Positions 1 to 5,433 of a stretch of DNA of 5,433 nucleotides are shown one piece after another; position 1 is the first letter of the stretch; each line of letters begins with the position of its first letter. The notes beneath the pieces were generated by a model, which did no database searches, had not been told where the DNA came from, and worked only from the letters and a program-made list of their open reading frames with translations. Made by a program: the position numbers and the translations under genes. The DNA is from Octopus sinensis (lineage: Eukaryota). The DNA lies in NCBI RefSeq assembly GCF_006345805.1, contig NW_021830059.1, forward strand, positions 1-5,433. Reading direction: 5' to 3'.

Positions 1-592
1 GTTTTAGCATTTTTCAAAAGTGTAGTCAGTCCCACATACGACAGTTTTGTAAACATATTTCTGACTGAAATATCATACATGCATGGAGTTACGATTATAT
101 TCACCCAACAAAGCATTATTGGTAAGCTGATACTATGAAGAACTAGCGGGACCCGTGAATATTTTATGGAATTAATAGTAAAGCTATTGGGTAATTTCTG
201 AGAGCTTTATAAAAAATAAAAAAAACTTGAAAGCGCAGCCTGCGTTGGGTCTGCATGGAAAGATCGCTTTTCTGATACTCATTGAAAAATGAAAGAAATC
301 GGAATACGATGATTACTTTGTGCACTTTATATATACACTTTATATACTTTATGCACAATTGTATAGACTTAATACATAGCACTCGTAAAATAAATATTCG
401 CTCTTATTTTACCATTTTCCCATAAAAAAGCAACAAAAATATCCCGTATACAATCTTTAGTTAAATTGTTTATATCTGCCAGTAAATAAGCGTTAATACT
501 TCACGGAATTGCCCTTATGCGCATGCGTTAAGTGATTGGTGATATTAAAAAAGTTTATTACTATGCAATCACCACTATCATCATAATCATCA

Positions 593-670
593 TCTCTCTC
601 CCCTGTCTCTCTCCTCTCACTCTCCCCGTCTCTCCCCTCTTTCTCCTCGTCTCTCTCCCTCCCCCTCTCT
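593..670. repeat. CT-rich polypyrimidine low-complexity tract
   Basis: Seen: tctctctcccctgtctctctcctctcactctccccgtctctcccctc..., almost purely C/T on +. Confidence 0.85.
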
Positions 671-772
671 ATTACCTTTCTACTTTAACATCAGAATATT
701 ACCCCTCTGCTAAAATTATATCGCTTACTCTTTCTATATCTTCAACTAACTTTTTTTAACCTCGTAATAAAT

Positions 773-1061
773 ATTACGTTCTCCCTACTACTTCACGTCA
801 CGGACGCTTCTCTCTCTGTCTTTTCCCTCTCCCACATTTTCTTTTTTTCCTCTCTTTCTGTCTCACTCCTCGCCTTATCTTCTTTTTCCTCACTTCTTTC
901 TTTCTCCTCTCTTTCCCTCCAACTAATCACGTGGAAGTGTTACAATTACATTCCCTCTACCTCACGTCATGGATGCTTCTCTCTCTCCCTTTTTCTCTCC
1001 CTCTCTTTTGCTCTCTTCTTTTCTTCTTTCCTCTTTTTCTCCAATCACCTGAAATTGTTAC
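773..1061. repeat. Two-unit diverged tandem repeat (773-944, 945-1061) with CT-rich cores
   Basis: Seen: unit 1 is attacgttctccctactacttcacgtcacggacgcttctctctc...aatcacgtggaagtgttac. Unit 2 is attacattccctctacctcacgtcatggatgcttctctctc...aatcacctgaaattgttac. The ends are conserved and the pyrimidine middles differ in length. Confidence 0.85.
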
Positions 1062-1130
1062 CGACGGGCTAAGTAACGCAATGATAAGCAGAATTATAAG
1101 ATAACTACGACTAAATTTTAAAGGAATAAA

Positions 1131-1199
1131 TTCGACTAAAATTCTTCAAGGTGATGTTCCAGCATGGCCGCAGTCAAATGATTGAAACAAATAAAAGAT
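1131..1199 (+). mobile_element. 3' tail fragment of an octopus-type tRNA-derived SINE
   Basis: Seen: 1131-1196 matches the reverse complement of 2785-2850 at 53/66 positions (manual count), including ccagcatggccgcagtc. Recall, not searched: ...ctccagcatggccgcagtcaaatgactgaaacaagtaaaaga is the 3' end of a very abundant Octopus SINE. Weaker similarity may extend left to ~1102. Confidence 0.8.
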
Positions 1200-1470
1200 A
1201 CATACATACTTAACACACACACATACATACACACATACATACATAATACATACATACATACATACATACATACATGCATACATACATACATACATACATG
1301 CATGCATGCATACACACATACATACATACATACATACACTCATACATACATACATACATACATACATACATACATACGCACACACATACATACATACATA
1401 CATGCATACATACGCACACATACATACATACGTACGTACGTACACACATACATACATACACGCGTACATC
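1199..1470. repeat. Compound (TACA)n/(CA)n microsatellite
   Basis: Seen: long catacatacata array with CA, TGCA and TACG variant units, starting directly at the SINE tail. Confidence 0.97.
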
Positions 1471-2784
1471 TGTTTGCATGCATATAATATAAACAAGGTT
1501 TTCCAAACACAGTCGGAGTAGTCTACAATATTTTAGGGGCTAGGGAAATGGGACCAGTGGGGATATTGGTTGCATGATGTATAAGATTTATTGATGAACA
1601 ACTGGGCCGTTGGTTCAGTCATCAGTTTCCCAGGGGGCCATCAATGTCTCGCAGCATTTCTGCTGGTTTGGCGAGATAAGGAAGGAGTTTCTGTAACTCG
1701 ACAGGAAAATCGCTTACTTGGTACCGGGAAGAGGTAGATAATCGGAAAGGTAGTAGTTTGAAGCATATCTTCCAAAATCTAACACTTCACACTTTTTGTT
1801 AAAGATCATGCTACGTATTGCAACAAAATGAATAACTCGCTATTTAAGAATAATTTGCAGGCTAAAATAACAACAAAAGATTTCATGAACATATGGAAGC
1901 ATTTTGAAGGACTAACCATTTGAATTTAGATATCATGGGATTTGTTTTTCCTATTATTATACTCTCGGATAATGAATATGCTTATAAAAACGAGCTTTGA
2001 GAGAATTCTCGGCCAATTTACTAGAAACCTTCCACTTACTGTTATTCTTTGGTTGTGCCCCAGCACAATATACTAACACGTTCGAAATGCAATTACCGAT
2101 AAAGGGGGCTCATCTGGAGAAACCGCAGTTTCATAAAAAAGAAGTGAATGTATTATTATTACTGCAAAAGGGGTTTTTGAATTCAAATGTTTAATTGAGC
2201 TTACAAAATGTATGCAGCAGGCATAGCCTACCTTAATGCGTTTCTGTTAAAGACTTTATATCTATGATCCATCGAGTAATGAAAAATAAATTGTGAATAT
2301 TTATGGCAATATTTATTCATATATTCACATGTGGAAAATAAAATAAAACTACGCTACGGGATAGTTTATTTTTATTTTTCTGCTTGGAAACATTGGAGCG
2401 ATTTCGTATTGCATTTTATCTGTAAAACCACAATTGTAAAGAACCTCATTATAATAACAAGAAGCAGAATTAAACGTAGCTTGATCTAAAAATAATGAGG
2501 ATATTTTTACTTATATTAGGGATGAAAGTTTGCTAAATATTAGAAGGTTCATTGGAATTGTTATTTACATAAAATAATCATAAAATTTCATCCGGTTTTC
2601 GGTAAGGGTAACATTTACTTGTGTGTAAATTTACGGTAAAATTAGGAAGTATTACTTATACTAAAATTAGTTTCAACTGTAAATCACCAAACCACTATAC
2701 TAAATAATTTCACGATGTTTTTTTTTCTAAATCTATCTCATACTCGGCCATTTCTGCTGAGCCAAATTAAAGAATACAGAATTT

Positions 2785-3163
2785 TTTTACATGTTTCAGT
2801 CATTGGACTGCGGCCATGCTGGAGCACTGCCTTGAAAGTTTCTAGCCGAACGATTCACTTGGCGCCCATTACTTACTTTTAAAAGCCCGATAATATTCTG
2901 TCGTTTTCCTTTGCTAAACCGCTACGTTCCAGGGACGTAAACAAACCAGCACTGGTCGTCAAGTGATGGTGGGGATCAAAGACACATAAGCACACACACA
3001 TACACACATGAAATGCATGCATACATACATGCATTCATGCGTACGTACATACATACATACATGCATGCATACATACATACATTAATGCATACATACATAC
3101 ACACATACATACATACATACACATACATACATACACACACATACATACACACACATACATACA

Positions 3164-3195
<32 letters not shown>

Positions 3196-3359
3196 CACAC
3201 ACATACATACATACACACACACATACATACATACATACACACATACATACATACACACACACATACATACATGCACACATACATACATACATACATACAT
3301 ACACACACATACATACATACATACACACATACACATACATACATACATACATACATACA

Positions 3360-3391
<32 letters not shown>

Positions 3392-3466
3392 CACACACAT
3401 GCATTCATACATACATTGGCTCTTTTTGTTTTCGCCTACCATATCCACTCAGAAGGCTATAGTAAA
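2785..3466 (-). mobile_element. 5'-truncated octopus-type tRNA-derived SINE with expanded internal microsatellite
   Basis: Seen: tgtttcagtcattggactgcggccatgctggagcactgcc...aaccgctacgttccagggacgtaaacaaaccagcactggtcgtcaagtgatggtgggga, then a CA/TACA tract, then ...cgcctaccatatccactcagaaggctatagta. The tail is homologous to 1131-1196. Recall: the order of blocks matches the reverse complement of the common Octopus SINE. The tRNA-like head (A/B boxes) is not visible beyond ~3466. Family name not assigned. Confidence 0.82.
2982..3416. repeat. (TACA)n/(CA)n microsatellite inside the SINE
   Basis: Seen: ~430 bp of acatacatac interspersed with CA runs and TGCA/TACG variants. Confidence 0.97.
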
Positions 3467-3884
3467 ATTAATGATAAAAAGTTTTTGGCTAATTTTGAAA
3501 GAAAATCGGCAATTTATTTACAGCCGGATAGTTCCAGATTTGCGCGGAGGAATCGAAAAATGTTAACATATAGACACGTAGCATGTTACTTATCAGTTCG
3601 TATCTATATGTTGATCCCTGGCATCCAACTGACGAAGCAACGCCAGATATAAGTTAAAATTATTTTATTTTAATTTATATATGATTGCAGAAACTATGCA
3701 TAGTCTAGGAAAAATAGAGTAAATATTTTTATTTTTCATTCCCTTTCAGAATTGCAACTATTAGTGGCTTGGAGTTTTAACTGCTATTTCTAGTGAGGCA
3801 GATGTCCTATCAATGGTCATTTCTTATGTGTTTGAATGTACACTGTATTCTTCTATGAATAATGTATAGTGTATTGACTAAATT

Positions 3885-3951
3885 TATATATATATATATA
3901 TATATATCTATATATATTATATATATTATATATATATATCATATATATATA
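3885..3951. repeat. Imperfect (TA)n microsatellite
   Basis: Seen: tatatatata... with a few single-base interruptions. Confidence 0.97.
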
Positions 3952-3969
3952 AAATTCTATCAGTGCTAG

Positions 3970-4030
3970 CTTGAGATGGATACTGCAGTTTTTTGGCTTT
4001 CTACAATATATCCATGATAAGTAAGCTATA
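3970..4030 (+). repeat. Dispersed direct repeat, copy 1 (~61 bp)
   Basis: Seen: cttgagatggatactgcagttttttggctttctacaatatatccatgataagtaagctata. It has a 25-bp exact core (3990-4014) shared with 4346-4370. Confidence 0.9.
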
Positions 4031-4324
4031 GTGAATGGTTTTCAGAACCAGTACTGCTTCCATCACTAATAAGCAATTTTTACCCAGCCTACTGGCTATT
4101 TGCGACACCAGTGGTTTGTTATTTAATGCTTTCTTTTTTTCTGTATCAATAGAGGCTAAATTTGTATAAGCATGCGGTTGTTAGTGGATATTTGCTACCG
4201 ATGACGCGCAGATACGTAGAAATTACGCAGAAATCAAGATGTATCAAATCCACGGCCACGGCGGGACGGTTTTCGTCTGCGCCTGGTACACTGCTGTGAC
4301 GTTTAGCACTATACGTTTATACGT

Positions 4325-4386
4325 CTCGAGAAGAATGCTGCATTCTTTTTGGCTTTCTACAATATATCCACGTTAAGTAAGATATA
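4325..4386 (+). repeat. Dispersed direct repeat, copy 2 (~62 bp)
   Basis: Seen: ctcgagaagaatgctgcattctttttggctttctacaatatatccacgttaagtaagatata. It differs from copy 1 by 8 substitutions and 1 indel (manual alignment). Confidence 0.9.
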
Positions 4387-4617
4387 CAAAATGCTAAAAA
4401 ATAAAAGTCTTGTGCAAATAAATGGAAAGACAGGAGAAAATAGAAGAAAAAGAAAATGGCGGCCAAACAAACGAAGAGAAGATTGAGTAATGTCTGTTCA
4501 GTATATAAGTAGGAGTTTATGAAGCGTCGTGCGTTATAAGCACCAGGAACTGTTTCAGGGTAAAGTAAGGGGGTAGAGGAGAGAGTTGAGAATAACAGGG
4601 GAAAGAGCAAGGTCTGA

Positions 4618-4662
4618 ACACACACAGGCACACACAGATACACACACACACACACACACACA
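4618..4662. repeat. (CA)n microsatellite
   Basis: Seen: acacacacaggcacacacagatacacacacacacacacacacaca. Confidence 0.95.
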
Positions 4663-4733
4663 AAACAAGAATGGGAATAAAGAAGGGTGGTTGGGGAAGA
4701 GACAGAAAAATAAAGAAGACAATGAAACACTAA

Positions 4734-5007
4734 ATAACAACACAACAACAACAACAACAACAATAATAATAATATAATAAAATGATAATAATGACAATAA
4801 TAATAATAATAATAATATAATATAATGATGATGATGATGATGATGATGATGATAAAAAGAATAACGACAATAATAACAATGATAATAATACTAATCATAA
4901 TAGAAAGGATAATATTATAAACAATAATGGAAGATGTAATATTGACGACGAAGGTGGTGATGGTGGTGGTGATGGTAGTGGTGATGGTGGTGGTGGTAGC
5001 GGTGGTG

Positions 5008-5038
<31 letters not shown>

Positions 5039-5050
5039 AAGTAGTAGTAG
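4734..5050. repeat. Compound trinucleotide microsatellite (AAC)n-(AAT)n-(GAT)n-(GGT)n-(AGT)n
   Basis: Seen: AAC at ~4743-4762, AAT at ~4762-4825, GAT at ~4826-4853, degenerate AAT to ~4928, GGT/GAT at ~4953-5018, TAG at ~5018-5050. Confidence 0.95.
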
Positions 5051-5148
5051 CGGAAAAATGTGAATGCACAGAGAGGGCAAAATATAACAAAAAAAGAAAA
5101 CAAATTCCAAGCGAAGGAGGAAAAAGGAAAATGAAAAGAAAAAAAAAA

Positions 5149-5194
5149 GGTGGCGTGGAGTTGGGGGTGGAGGTGGTGGTGGGGGGTGAGGTGG
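5149..5194 (+). repeat. G-rich degenerate (GGT)n tract
   Basis: Seen: ggtggcgtggagttgggggtggaggtggtggtggggggtgaggtgg, following an A-rich run. Confidence 0.7.
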
Positions 5195-5254
5195 CATCGG
5201 TTGCGGAGATTCCATACAGCTGTTGAGTTGCCATGAATAGCTTCAGCCTTTTTT

Positions 5255-5405
5255 GTCATCGTCACGTCACGCTTCACTGAGAATATTATTGGTAATTCTA
5301 CCTGTGTTATGGTCTCCTTAATAAACATTAACGCATATCTACGTCGATCGCAGGATACGGGCGCATTAGCCGTGCACAGGCGCATTAAGAACGCACCACC
5401 GAACA
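5255..5405. promoter_or_regulatory. Possible cis-regulatory patch (CpG-dense, repeated motifs)
   Basis: Seen: TCACGTCA at 5262-5269, reverse CCAAT (attgg) at 5288-5292, GGCGCATTA twice (5360-5368, 5379-5387), and many CpGs. Function is inference only. Confidence 0.25.
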
Positions 5406-5433
5406 CAGACATCTATATAGATGTAGATATAGA

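Larger units (their letters stand above)
143..1101 (-). mobile_element. Candidate non-autonomous Helitron-like element
   Basis: Seen: + strand reads A|CTAG at 142-146 and GA|T at 1100-1102, which on the minus strand is A|TC...CTAG|T. A decayed palindrome ccgtgaa-tat-tttatgg (153-169) lies ~10 nt from the CTAG end, and there are internal tandem CT-rich subunits. Established: Helitrons start TC, end CTRR with a subterminal hairpin, and insert between A and T without a TSD. Inference: the 5' end at 1101 was chosen because removing the segment restores SINE-like sequence. No RepHel coding sequence is seen. Confidence 0.4.

Noticed and set aside
164-759. ORFs 164-382 (-) and 532-759 (+)
   Set aside because: Short, AT-rich or CT-rich low-complexity sequence with no RepHel, transposase or other recognisable motifs.
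1136-1521. Six overlapping ORFs rich in MYVC / HTYI
   Set aside because: They are translations of the (TACA)n microsatellite, which has no stop codons in any frame.
1540-1760. GC-richer stretch with a small hairpin (tctcgc...gcgaga, 1647-1676), considered as an exon, RT fragment or ncRNA
   Set aside because: The frames I translated are interrupted by stops and give no recognisable peptide. The hairpin is short and bulged, and too small for a pre-miRNA.
1997-2194. 65-aa ORF (and the similar 78-aa ORF at 3416-3652)
   Set aside because: Both have non-ATG starts, lengths expected by chance and no recognisable homology; the second begins inside the SINE.
2976-3462. Four ORFs of 108-149 aa (MYVC / HTYI repeats)
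   Set aside because: Same artefact, from the SINE-internal microsatellite.
3970-4386. CRISPR-like interpretation of the direct repeats
   Set aside because: There are only two copies, the spacer is ~294 bp, no cas genes are present, and the context is eukaryotic.
5149-5194. Canonical G-quadruplex
   Set aside because: Only two runs of three or more G are present, so at best a weak two-tier structure; better explained as a degenerate GGT repeat.
4317-5234. 305-aa minus-strand ORF resembling a mucin-like membrane protein, plus overlapping poly-H, poly-P and poly-V ORFs
   Set aside because: The poly-T, I, Y, L and CV runs map exactly to trinucleotide and CA microsatellites. No domain is recognisable, and several frames are open for the same reason.
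5411-5433. Palindrome atctatatagat as a possible transposon terminus
   Set aside because: It lies at the window edge within low-complexity TA/TAGA sequence and cannot be evaluated without the downstream sequence.

Overview
AT-rich, repeat-dominated eukaryotic non-coding DNA, probably intronic or intergenic. It most likely comes from an Octopus-type cephalopod genome, judged by my recall of a very abundant octopus tRNA-derived SINE; this was not verified by search. No credible protein-coding gene is visible, and nearly all supplied ORFs are translations of microsatellites. The window holds two copies of the same SINE in inverted, tail-to-tail orientation (about 1131-1199 on +, about 2785-3466 on -). 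The second copy carries a ~430-bp internal (TACA)n expansion. There is also a candidate ~960-bp non-autonomous Helitron (143-1101, -) with internal CT-rich tandem subunits, which appears to interrupt the first SINE. Other content: several microsatellites, a ~61-bp dispersed direct repeat whose copies each contain a GTAAG donor-like site, and two CpG-dense patches with regulatory-looking motifs. I see no convincing evidence for a novel biological system; the findings are hypotheses about repeat nesting, dsRNA formation and possible cryptic microexons.
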